From Paludibacteraceae bacterium (GTDB lineage: Bacteria; Bacillota; Clostridia; Lachnospirales; Lachnospiraceae), in the NCBI GenBank assembly GCA_963628035.1, contig CAVGED010000015.1:1397-65396 (forward strand): DNA of 64,000 bases, written 5' to 3'. This document shows, piece after piece, positions 25,916 to 36,100 of the stretch. The notes beneath the pieces are model-generated. The model searched no databases, was not told where the DNA came from, and saw only the letters and a program-made list of their open reading frames with translations. Each line of letters opens with the position of its first letter. Within the stretch, counting starts at the first letter, position 1. The position numbers were made by a program, and so were the translations under genes.

Positions 25916-26858
25916 TCACACCAGCTCCACGATCATCTCATGCAGTGCTCTTTGCACCTGACTGAAATGTCCTTCCTCCGGGCATTGCACGGCAATCACC
26001 ATCTGCTGACCGGGCAGCACCATCGTAATCTGTCCATAAGCTCCGTCCGCCCGATAGGAACCGGGATATTCGCTGAGCCAGAATTGGTAACCGTAGCCAT
26101 GTCCTTGCCACGGAAGCTTTCGCTCCTTCCCATTCTCGTCAAACACCGGATTCTCAATCTGCTTCTTCACTGCTTCCTTCACCCATGCATTGCTCACGAT
26201 CCGGTTTCCCTTCCATTTGCCGCCGTCCAGATATAACTGTCCAAGCTTCGCCATATCAGCAAGACGCAGACACAGACCGCTTCCTCCCAGAGGATGGCCC
26301 TGGGGGCAGCATTCCCACATGGAATATGGAATATCCATGGGACGAAACATCCGTTCATACACATATTCCGCCAGATTTTTCCCCATTTTCGCTTCCAGCA
26401 TACGGGCAAACAGACAGCTATCTCCGGTAGAATAGAAAAAATGGCTGCCCGGCTCCTGCACCACAGGCTGAGACATCATATAAGCCACATAATCAGGAAA
26501 GCCCTCGCCGCTTCTGCGCCCTTCCACAAACAAGAGCCGCTTCTCAAATCCAGAGGACATGGTAAGCAGTGACCTTAGGGTAATCTTCTCCAATCCCGGA
26601 TTGCCGCCCTTGGGAACCTTATCCGGGAACACATCCACCAGCCGATCCTCCAGGGAGAGAATGCCATCGTCGATAGCAATTCCAACGGCCGTCGCCACAA
26701 AGCTTTTGGTGTTGGAATAGATATTTCGCTCCCGGTCCGGTGTCCATCGGTGGGAAAAGATCTCCGTTCCTTCCCGGTATACCAGAATTCCCTCCACCTT
26801 CAGATTATCTGATTCCACCCGGTGTACAAATTCTTCCAATGCTTTCACGTGCCTGACT
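25916..26858 (-). CDS. serine hydrolase (beta-lactamase/transpeptidase-like family)
   Basis: SNTKSF (SxxK) motif. The start was set at the GTG at 26858, 8 nt after AGGAAGGAG. The track start at 26908 lies inside a repeat element. Confidence 0.7.
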
Positions 26859-26890
26859 CCTTCCTGATTTCGGTTTGACTTGCGATGTAA

Positions 26891-26925
26891 CAGTTCAGCT
26901 CGCGCCATTCGTTCTGGCTGAACTG
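26891..26925. repeat. REP/MITE-like palindromic element (copy B)
   Basis: cagttcagc-tcgcgccattcgttct-ggctgaactg. Overlaps the 3' end of the asparaginase ORF. Confidence 0.7.
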
Positions 26926-27920
26926 TTGGAGAAAATTATATCATAATTCACCCTCTGGTAAAACGCCTCTTCCACGGTCCGGGTTCCGATGTTTCCTGTT
27001 CCAAGCATCCACATGGACTTGGCGATTACTGCCTCCAATGTCATGTCATAGGACTCCAGAATCCCGCACTCCTGCTTGATCTTATTGCCAACCTCATAAA
27101 CGGTCATATCGCTGCCTTCATGGGCTACCTGGGTTGCCATGATCACAACTGTATTAGGGAACTCCTGATACAGCCGATAGAACTCATCGGCGATGGAAGC
27201 CGGAATACCGCCAACCCCAAAGCTCTCCACGATGATGCAGTCGTGCTCTTCAAAAAGAAACCGCAGCACCCGCGGCGAGATTCCGGGGATCAGCTTCAGC
27301 AAGAAAATGTTCTCATCAAGATTCTCATAGAAACGTACATGATCCCGGTAGGGCATCATAGGAATATAGCGCATGATCCGCGTATCCTGAATCATGGCAA
27401 GATAAGGATAATCGATACTCTCAAAGGCATTGTAGCTCTTGGAGCGTATCTTCTTTGCCCTGGTTCCGGCGATGACCTTCCCGCCGAAAACGATCTGCAC
27501 TCCCTGGGAATCCTCATCCGCCGCATACCGGAAGCTGTCTATGAGATTCGTTTTTGCATCGGTGATCTCAAGGTCGATAGACTTCTGCGCACCGGTGATG
27601 ACGATGGGTTTCTCTGAATTCTGGATCATGTAAGACAGCGCTGCTGCCGTGTAGGCCATGGTATCTGTCCCGTGAGCGATCACAAAGCCATCATATGACT
27701 CATAATTCTCACGGATCGCCCGGAGCATCTGCTTCCAATGGGAAGGTTCTATATTGGTGCTGTCAATGTTGCAGACCTGCACTGCATAAGCATCACAAAA
27801 CTCCCGGATCTGCGGGACATAACTAAGGATCTCCCCGGCATCGATCTGCGGGCAGAGTCCATTGGCAGAATGCTTGGAAGCAATGGTGCCTCCAGTTGCC
27901 ATCAATAATATTTTCTTCAT
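26895..27920 (-). CDS. ansA: type I L-asparaginase
   Basis: 341 aa. The N-terminus MKKILLMATGGTIAS has the catalytic TGGTIA motif, and HGTDTM is present. The last 10 codons and the stop lie in repeat copy B. Confidence 0.85.
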   Translation of the reverse strand: MKKILLMATGGTIASKHSANGLCPQIDAGEILSYVPQIREFCDAYAVQVCNIDSTNIEPSHWKQMLRAIRENYESYDGFVIAHGTDTMAYTAAALSYMIQNSEKPIVITGAQKSIDLEITDAKTNLIDSFRYAADEDSQGVQIVFGGKVIAGTRAKKIRSKSYNAFESIDYPYLAMIQDTRIMRYIPMMPYRDHVRFYENLDENIFLLKLIPGISPRVLRFLFEEHDCIIVESFGVGGIPASIADEFYRLYQEFPNTVVIMATQVAHEGSDMTVYEVGNKIKQECGILESYDMTLEAVIAKSMWMLGTGNIGTRTVEEAFYQRVNYDIIFSNSSARTNGAS

Positions 27921-27960
27921 ATACTTACGATCCTACCGGTCTGCGCACAGCCGTCCCTTC

Positions 27961-28599
27961 TTATTTCTTTTCTGCAAAACTGATATCACGTACGTCAAAC
28001 TTCTGCTTATCCAAAGCCTTCACAACTCTGTCGAAGTCCTCCGCATCAATTCTCAAGAAGATCTCCACCAGGTTCATCACGTCCGTGTGCATAACCAGCA
28101 TGTTACGGATATCCCCGCCGGCCTTCGCGATGGTCTCACACAGCTTCGCCATGGTTCCACGGCTGTCATAGGTGTAAACCACCAGTGAATTGTGCTCATG
28201 CCCAAACATTTTCTGATACTGCTTGAACACGGCCTGCTGGGTAACGATTCCTAACAGTTCGCCGTTCTTATCTGTAATGGGAATAAAGCGCACCTTGGAG
28301 TTAATGAACCGGACGGCAGCCTCCTCAATCCGCATGTCTGCCGGTATCGGCTCGATCGTTGTCCGCATGAATTCCTGAACCTTCTTCTGCAGGAACTCTT
28401 CCTTGCTCACCTGGTCACAGCGAAAATACTCCTCATACACAAACTGCTTGGACAGCACGCCCACAAACTTCTTTCCGTCCACCACCGGAAGCGACAGCAA
28501 CTCATGTTGATCGATGATCCGGATCGCAGTCTCAATGGTATCCGTCACCCTGATACAGCTAAGTCGTTCATACGGCAGCATGATAGCTTTTACTCTCAT
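27961..28599 (-). CDS. CBS-pair plus ACT-domain protein (AcuB-like)
   Basis: 212 aa. Two CBS-like segments followed by a C-terminal ACT-like segment (VVYTYDSRGTMAKLCETIAKAGGDI). Confidence 0.65.
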   Translation of the reverse strand: MRVKAIMLPYERLSCIRVTDTIETAIRIIDQHELLSLPVVDGKKFVGVLSKQFVYEEYFRCDQVSKEEFLQKKVQEFMRTTIEPIPADMRIEEAAVRFINSKVRFIPITDKNGELLGIVTQQAVFKQYQKMFGHEHNSLVVYTYDSRGTMAKLCETIAKAGGDIRNMLVMHTDVMNLVEIFLRIDAEDFDRVVKALDKQKFDVRDISFAEKK

Positions 28600-28643
28600 T
28601 TGAAAATCCTCCCTTTATTATATGCATTTTACTTCACAATACA

Positions 28644-28681
28644 CGCTACGTTTGGGTAGCGGAAAGTGCTTTGCACTTTCC
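28644..28681. repeat. single dispersed copy related to the 54-bp tandem unit
   Basis: Shares the 23-nt core cgctacgtttgggtagcggaaag with each tandem unit. It is followed by a perfect 9-bp hairpin, ggaaagtgc-ttt-gcactttcc. Confidence 0.75.
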
Positions 28682-28710
28682 CTTAGTATACCATACTCTT
28701 CACAGTGAAC

Positions 28711-31700
28711 TCAAGAGTCTTTCTGCATTATGGCCTCATCCAGTCGTCGACTCATCGCAAGGAGTTCCTCCTTCTGCACCTTTAAGACCTTCCGGTCATA
28801 CGTGTAGAAGCCGTTGGTCTCATCCTCCACATCGGAGAGCTGGGTATAGATACAGCCGCAGACACCCTTACTGACAGCAGGCAGGATCGTCTTTTCATAC
28901 AGGCTGCAGATCTGATCCGTCAGCGCCTGCCCACTGTCTGAGCCCCCATAGCCATAATGCGTGTATTTTGCATAGAAGTGCCCCGGCACGCCATAGGAAT
29001 ATCCGCCTGCCTCCGACACCAGTATCGGCAGCTTGGGATTTTCCGGCAGTTCCAACCGCTTATAATAGATGTGCTGACTGTCGAAATCACTCTTTTTCCC
29101 CGGAAACCAGCCGGAGGCTGCATCATACAGCCGGGTGCCGTCCAGTTCCTTTGCCTCTTCATACATGGCATCGCTCTCAAACTGTCCCCATCCCTCATTA
29201 AAAATCGTATACGCAACAATGCAGGGATGATTATGCAAGTGCATAATTGTTTCTCGCATATGCTGCCGGAAAAAGGCTTTTCGCTTTTTCCTTCCCAGGT
29301 GCGCCCCGATATCCTTCCGGTAGATGCCAAGCGTCGGCAGCGCAGTGTCCTTCAGCCAGGAATACCGACCACTGTTCACCATATCCTGCATTACCAGCAT
29401 TCCGTGAACATCGCAATAGTAATAGAAGCATTCCGGCTCGATCTTGATGTGCTTCCGCAGCATGCGAAAGCCCAGTTCCTTCATGCCCAGGACATCACGC
29501 TCATACTCCTCTTCCTCCGCGGGAAGGTATATGCCATCACAGAAGTAGCCCTGATCCAGCACACCGTTTAAGAAGATCGGCTTTCCATTCAGACATACTC
29601 TCGGCCGCCCATGAACTTCCTTTATCTCCACTGCTCTGAGGCCGAAGTAGGATTCCACTGTGTCCTCACCCATGGTGACCGTCATCCGGTACAGATATGG
29701 GTTCTCCATGCTCCAGAGTACCGGCTGATAACGGCTGCCGTCCGAAAGCCGGATGTCTGTCATATCAAGCTCAGCCGCGTTGCCCTCTGCATGGACAGTA
29801 TGAACGGTTCCGTCATGCAGGGTGACACGGACCGATATTCCATCCGTATTCTCCGTCTGGCTGCCGTCCGTCCTCACTTCCACAGACACATGCTCCAGAT
29901 CCGCTGTCACCTTCAGGCTGCTTATATACGCCTGTGGCACCTCCTCCAGCCACACACTCTGCCAGATCCCGCTGACCGGGGTATACCACATGCCGCCTCT
30001 GGCCCTGCGCTGCTTTCCATAGGGATAATCCATAGACAACGTATCCTTTACCTTCACTTCCAGAAGGTTTTCGGTGTCTTTCGAATCCTCCCGGTCTACA
30101 CACTCCGTGATATCGAAGGAGAAAGGCAGATAGCCTCCTTCATGCTTTCCCAGATATCGACCATTTACGAACACCTCCGCCACCTGGTCAACCGCCCCGA
30201 AATGCAGCAGAATACGATTGCTCTTATCTGTTTTATGAAATACGAATTTTCTTCTGTATGTCAGATGATTTCCCACGTGTCCCCGAAAGCCGGAAAGCAA
30301 CGACTGCGGCGGAAACGGCACTAAGATTTCCTTACCATCCAGCTCCCAGATTCCATTCAGACTACAGAAGCTCTCCCGCTTCATCTGCGGCCTTGGATAT
30401 TGATTCCATACCTTATCAGCCGCCCCTGCCCTCCCGTTCCCGGACAACTGCTTCATCAATGCTTCCCCGGATTGGGAAAGCAGCCGATTATGACCATTTT
30501 GCATCATGGCAAAGATCAGATACAGCACTGCCAACAGCAAAACTGCAGCCACCAGCGCCGCCAGATAAATATTCCGGTTGGGAAGAAAGGATGTGGTTCC
30601 GTCCGAGTTGACGATCTGCTCCGCATCGCGGAGGACATACGCCCCGATCGCCGGGCCAACAATCCCCGGCACAAGCACCTGACCGATGATACGGATTCCC
30701 TGAAACTGCCCCGCTTTTTTCTCCGGGATATTGCTTCGGATCATGGCGCCGAAGATCGCCATCCCGGTGAGATACCCTGTCATCATCAGTAGGGAGCCGA
30801 TAAACACGATCCCCGTGCCGGTTCCGACATACAGCAGCACATAGCCGACGATCAGGAAAAGTACAGTAGGAACCACAGAAGAACGAAATCCCAGCAGATC
30901 ATAGAGCTTTCCGTAAAAAGCCGTGATAACCGCAGCAATGACAATGGCCGGAGCCATAATAAATACATAGTTGGTCATCCCTAAGGTTTTCTCATAATAT
31001 AGGATCAGATATGGCATGAAGATCTGGATGGAGATGCCGAATATCGCAAACGCTCCGATCACTGCATAGAGCAATGGATTGCCCTTGATCACAGAAGGCC
31101 GGAAGCTGTGGATCACGGTGGCAAAATAGCCATCTTTCCTTCTCCCGGTCAGCCCCGGCTTCTCATCAATAAGTATAATTCCAAGCACACCGATGAGAAG
31201 CACAGCCGCTCCGACAATGAGATAGATCATGGTCCAGCTTGATGGCTGTTCCATGTCGAAAGCAGAGAATCCGCCAAATACCACCAGGATTCCCACCAAC
31301 GGCATCATGGAATTGATTCCCTCGATTCTCCCACGGTTGCCATCAGCGCCCCAATCCGTCATCCAGGCATTGAAGCTGGCATCATTGGCCGAAGAGCCTA
31401 AGAATGTCATGACGCAGTCCATAAGGATCACCAGCGATATGCCAAGAGAAGCCGCCCGGACGGTACTGCCTGCCATGGGCGTCAGAATATCCATACGGAT
31501 AAAAGCAAATGAAACAATCGAGATTCCCCATGCAATATACCCACCGCAGATCAGAAGCTTCCGCCTGCCGATATAATCCGAAAATGCACCCACCAGAATG
31601 GTTGTCACCGTGGCAGCCACGGAGCTGGCTCCCACCATTCGGGAGATGTCTGCCGCCGAGGCATGGAACATCTTGTAGATGAACACATTGAAATACATGT

Positions 31701-31782
31701 TCTCCACAACCCAAGCCACCTGTCCCATGAGGCTGAATACCACCAGCGCTGTCCAGAATCTTTTTGTAAGCTGTTTTCCCAT
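28711..31782 (-). CDS. fusion protein: N-terminal MFS/GPH-type sugar transporter and C-terminal GH2-family glycosidase
   Basis: 1023 aa from the ATG at 31782. The first roughly 460 aa are polytopic with the MFS motif GAFSDYIGRRK. The remainder has a GH2-like sugar-binding/Ig/TIM layout with NHPCIVAYTIFNEGWG (acid/base) and LVSEAGGY (nucleophile-like). Confidence 0.75.
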   Translation of the reverse strand: MGKQLTKRFWTALVVFSLMGQVAWVVENMYFNVFIYKMFHASAADISRMVGASSVAATVTTILVGAFSDYIGRRKLLICGGYIAWGISIVSFAFIRMDILTPMAGSTVRAASLGISLVILMDCVMTFLGSSANDASFNAWMTDWGADGNRGRIEGINSMMPLVGILVVFGGFSAFDMEQPSSWTMIYLIVGAAVLLIGVLGIILIDEKPGLTGRRKDGYFATVIHSFRPSVIKGNPLLYAVIGAFAIFGISIQIFMPYLILYYEKTLGMTNYVFIMAPAIVIAAVITAFYGKLYDLLGFRSSVVPTVLFLIVGYVLLYVGTGTGIVFIGSLLMMTGYLTGMAIFGAMIRSNIPEKKAGQFQGIRIIGQVLVPGIVGPAIGAYVLRDAEQIVNSDGTTSFLPNRNIYLAALVAAVLLLAVLYLIFAMMQNGHNRLLSQSGEALMKQLSGNGRAGAADKVWNQYPRPQMKRESFCSLNGIWELDGKEILVPFPPQSLLSGFRGHVGNHLTYRRKFVFHKTDKSNRILLHFGAVDQVAEVFVNGRYLGKHEGGYLPFSFDITECVDREDSKDTENLLEVKVKDTLSMDYPYGKQRRARGGMWYTPVSGIWQSVWLEEVPQAYISSLKVTADLEHVSVEVRTDGSQTENTDGISVRVTLHDGTVHTVHAEGNAAELDMTDIRLSDGSRYQPVLWSMENPYLYRMTVTMGEDTVESYFGLRAVEIKEVHGRPRVCLNGKPIFLNGVLDQGYFCDGIYLPAEEEEYERDVLGMKELGFRMLRKHIKIEPECFYYYCDVHGMLVMQDMVNSGRYSWLKDTALPTLGIYRKDIGAHLGRKKRKAFFRQHMRETIMHLHNHPCIVAYTIFNEGWGQFESDAMYEEAKELDGTRLYDAASGWFPGKKSDFDSQHIYYKRLELPENPKLPILVSEAGGYSYGVPGHFYAKYTHYGYGGSDSGQALTDQICSLYEKTILPAVSKGVCGCIYTQLSDVEDETNGFYTYDRKVLKVQKEELLAMSRRLDEAIMQKDS

Positions 31783-31917
31783 AATCGCATTCCCCCACAT
31801 GAAGTGTCCCAGCTCTGTGGGCAGGGACAACATCCGATTTTCTTATCAACAGCATACCTGTTTTTCCTGGATACGTCAAGAGACTGATGGATATTTATGA
31901 TTTAACAGTTGTGGATT

Positions 31918-32583
31918 CTATTTCTCATTTAAAGCTTTCAATATTGTCTCAAAGGATACTCCGGCAAACCCCGATATCAGGTAATCTGCCTCTGATAAAT
32001 CCTCTTTTTTCCCAATTCCAATGCAACGCATGCCGCCTCGGTGTCCAGCTTCTATTCCCGCTGCCGCGTCTTCAAATACCAGACACTCCCCGGGTTTTAA
32101 TCCAAAATATACCATACTTTTCACAAACACTTCCGGATCCGGCTTCGTATTCGTGATCATCGTACCATCCACAATATAATCAAAGGATTCCCATAAACCC
32201 AAGCGATCCATAATGACAGACGTATTCTTACTGGCACTTCCCAGCGCAATCTTAATTCCACGTTCCCGTAGCTCTGTTAAGAACACTTCTACTCCCGGCA
32301 GAATCTCCCTTTTTTCCATCTTTGAAATCAGCTCTACATACCCTGTATTCTTGCGTTCTGCCATAGCAAGCTTTTCTTCCGCGGTCAGATTATTTCGCCC
32401 GCCTAATGATAATATAATTTCCAATGAAGCCATCCGGCTGACACCTTTCAATCGTTCATTGTCCTTAAGTGTAAATGGAATCTGCAACTCATCTGCAAGT
32501 TCCTTCCATGCCAGATAATGATACTTTGCCGTGTCACAGATCACGCCATCCAAATCGAATATACATAATTTTATTCCCATCAT
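31918..32583 (-). CDS. pgmB: beta-phosphoglucomutase (HAD family)
   Basis: 221 aa. FDLDGVICDT, LKGVSR and GIEAGHRGGM motifs. AAGGGAG RBS. Confidence 0.85.
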   Translation of the reverse strand: MMGIKLCIFDLDGVICDTAKYHYLAWKELADELQIPFTLKDNERLKGVSRMASLEIILSLGGRNNLTAEEKLAMAERKNTGYVELISKMEKREILPGVEVFLTELRERGIKIALGSASKNTSVIMDRLGLWESFDYIVDGTMITNTKPDPEVFVKSMVYFGLKPGECLVFEDAAAGIEAGHRGGMRCIGIGKKEDLSEADYLISGFAGVSFETILKALNEK

Positions 32584-32613
32584 TTTCTCCCTTTCACTGC
32601 TTTCCTAAATTCA

Positions 32614-33006
32614 TCACGGAAACGGTATGATCGGAAGTTCAATAACGGTATCTTTTGTTTCTCCCGAAACTGGGGAGTCCATATTTTCACTTCCTCTGAC
32701 AGTCGTTTCGCCCTCCTGTGCCTTTCCCGGTTCTGTGGCGGACTTGGTCTGAGAAGGCTGAACCGTATCAACCGGAAGCTCAAGCTCACCCTTGGAATCT
32801 TCTGTTCCGCCTAACTGCCCAGCATCCTGCTCCCCAGTCGTATCCGGCTGCCCGACGTTCTGCTTCCCGGCCAGATCCGAATGTCTGGCATCCTGCTCCC
32901 CGGCCGTATCCGGCTGCGCCGTTCCGCTCTGACCGGACCGGCTGCAACCGTCCAGTGACAGTGTCACCAGAAGCAATAATACAACGAAAAAACGTGCTTT
33001 CTTCAC
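32614..33006 (-). CDS. small lipoprotein with low-complexity repeats
   Basis: GTG start after GGGAGGA. Lipobox LSLDGC. Duplicated PDT.GEQDA segments. Confidence 0.6.
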   Translation of the reverse strand: MKKARFFVVLLLLVTLSLDGCSRSGQSGTAQPDTAGEQDARHSDLAGKQNVGQPDTTGEQDAGQLGGTEDSKGELELPVDTVQPSQTKSATEPGKAQEGETTVRGSENMDSPVSGETKDTVIELPIIPFP

Positions 33007-33029
33007 TCACATTCCTCCCATAAATTATC

Positions 33030-33167
33030 TTAATCCATGAAACCCGAATTTTCAAAACTCTGCGTATCCGCCGGGTGAATCGGCAATGAAGGATCATTGG
33101 TTGACACAATATCCTCCGCATTGTAAGGAATAATCTCTATTTGTGGATTTTCATATATCATCTTCAT
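33030..33167 (-). CDS. unannotated 45-aa ORF
   Basis: AAGGAGG RBS 5 nt before the ATG at 33167. MKMIYENPQIEIIPYNAEDIVSTNDPSLPIHPADTQSFENSGFMD. The track shows a longer 69-aa version that overlaps the upstream gene. Confidence 0.5.
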   Translation of the reverse strand: MKMIYENPQIEIIPYNAEDIVSTNDPSLPIHPADTQSFENSGFMD

Positions 33168-33178
33168 CCTGACCTCCT

Positions 33179-36100
33179 TTATTTCTCTGAAGATGTATTT
33201 TGATACGCATAATACGCAACCGCTTTCTGGTGATACCAATATATTGCACTTATAATATCATTAGTTTTCTCGTTCACTGATATCTGCGTATTATACATTC
33301 CCTTCACATAGCTCATAAAACCATATGTGATTGAAAGCGTGTCAGCGTCTTCTGCCTTCCCGCTGTCTGTACCCGTTACGGTAACCGTATACATCGTTCC
33401 CAGATCGTATGCATTGATTTCCTGGACATCTACATAATAAAGTCCGCCTTTTTCCTGTAAAGTGAGTGTCTCTGCTTCCGTTCCTTCTTTGCTGAGGGTA
33501 ATCGTGAAGCCATTGGCCTCTGCTCCATCCTTCAACTTGAAATAATGACGGATCGACGTGCGGGAACTCAGTATCAATGTACTTCCGTAATAGCTGATTC
33601 CTGCCGGCGCAGTTCCGGAAATCTTACGATCATAAGCTGTATCTGTTATTTCGGGCATTTCAGCCAGGGTACGATCTGTCTCCTCCAGCACCTGATTCGC
33701 CGGCACCGTCTCCGGTGCATATTTTATCTGAGAATATCCGCCATAGTTCAGCATAGCTTTCACCAGATCTTTCGCTTCCTGGGGCTGGGACGGATCATTC
33801 AGAAGCGTCTGAGCGTATTCCGTAACAGAATATTCCATCACAGGACTCTTGTCTGTACCACTGACAATTAGCTGAGCTTTCACACTCTCGGCCATCTGGA
33901 TGGCATTGACATTACAGGTAAAAACAAAATATTCGGTACCGCCGATTTCCTTTTTGACGGCGTCTTTTACAAAAATTCGTATCGGTTCATTCTCCCCCAC
34001 AGCAAACTGCATGTAAGCAGTCGTGCTATGCTTCACGTCTTCGGAGAGGCTGACATAATAGTTGATTCCGATATCTCCATCCAGGCTTAAGGATACGTAA
34101 GAAACCTCCGCGCCAATATCCTTCAGAATTGCTGTGTATGTGGCGTCCTCTGTGAATTTTGTTCCGATTGTCGGTGGCGTGATTGCTGTTTCGGACTCCG
34201 CTTTCCATTCACTGGACACAGCCAGCGTTACGGCAACGTCATCCCCGATCATAATGCCGGTGCTGTCGGTATAGTAAGCTCTTGTAAATCCCTCCTGGGC
34301 CTCACTGTTATCCAGCGCAGTGAAGGTCACTTTTACAGGAGCCGAATTGCTTTCATCAGCAAAGCACACCATGGTGCTTGTCTCATCATCTGCATCTGTC
34401 GTTCTGATCACTGCCCAGTCGGCATCTTCCTCGCTATTTTCCCGGTTTGCAGTGTACATTGCCTCACCGGAAAGGAAAGCTTCCTGGGACAACCTTACAA
34501 CAGTGGCCTCGTCGACGGCGTCTGTGCCACCGATTGTCCCTTTCATGCAGGTTGCTTCCTCGTGGTAGACATTTGACAGCGTAAGTGTACTATGCGCATC
34601 AGTTCTCATCAACTGGTCAACATTTTCCGTATTGAAGACTAACACGTTATGGATTGTAAGACCTGCATCCGTTTTTCCTGTTCCATTCCGAAAAGCGCCA
34701 ACCAGGGAACCGTATCTCCCAAGTGTAGGCTTTTTCACACCATCACTGGCATAAAAGCCGCCTCCCCAGACAGCAGAATTTGTAAGTTTTACATTTGCTC
34801 CGTTACATTCTCCCAGATACAGTCCGATGGAAGAAAAGGCACTCCCCAAAACCTTATTATTTATGGATAGATTATGCTCAAATATGCAGTCATCCGCATT
34901 TACCTGTCCCATGATCATTCCAACATTCACGACCTGGGACGCAGCCGTTTTTGTGACATCCAGCACACAATCTGAAACTACGCAATTCCGAATTGTTACC
35001 GGCTTCCCCTTGTTGCTCCGGGAAACCAATACGGCAATGGCATTTTGAGTATCCCCTTCTGCCTTGGAAACAGTTGTGTCTTTCACCACAACATTCTCAA
35101 CCGTCAAGGCATTGGTATACTGCTCCACCAAAGCAGCAATCGCGTAGGAGCCTGCTACAGAGCTTTTATTTAACGTCATTTTTTTGATACTGCTGCCTGC
35201 ATACAGCTTGAAAAAACCGCTGGTTCCCATATAATTTGAAACCGTATGATCACGTCCATCAAAGCTTGCTTTCAGTCCGTTCATTCCGTTGAAGCTGGAA
35301 TTCGTCAAGTCAATATCATCCCCCAGATACAATGTCTGCTCTGCTGTAAAGCTGCCTGCGGCTTTTCCGGCTGCTTCCAAATCATCTGCATTCATGATCA
35401 TGAAGCCCGGCGCGTCAGAATATTTTTCCCATTCAACAACTGGCGGCAGTTCCGGTACATCTGCATAAACATAAGCTGTTTCCAGAGCACTTACATCCGC
35501 ATCAATCTCCTGCTGGCTTGTATATGCAGGCGTTGTTTCCGTCCCGATATTGTTTAATTTCATCTGCACACTTTCCAACAGCGTTTTCAGTGCTTCTGAA
35601 TTCCTGAAATACTTCGTATCCTTCCCTTCATACCTTGCAAGCTGTGTCTGCAAAGCACTGATATCCATTCCTGACTGAATAATGGTAACAGCAACATCCG
35701 TTGCAGGTACAGTAAAGGTTCCGTCCGGCGCAATCGTGACACTTTCTTCGCCCTCCGTCACTTGATATGCTCCGCTTTCCAACATATATTCCGTACCAGC
35801 CGGAATATAATATACATTTGTTGTCTCAACCCCAGCAGCGCTAATAGTCGTCAACGTAAGCCTAACCACCTGGTTTTCTTCGGTTCCAAATACGGTTTTA
35901 TAATCCGCTAATGTATAGTAGACCTGTGTCCCCTTTCCTTCTGTATATCCTTTGTTCAGCTTATAAGCCAGCTCGCCGTTAGAATAAGCTTCAGAATCAA
36001 GTGTACAGGTACTATCATTCAATTTATTGGAAACATTTGATCCAATCGCATAAACATTCGCATATGGACTGGTGCTTGGATTGTTGTAGCGGAGAACATA

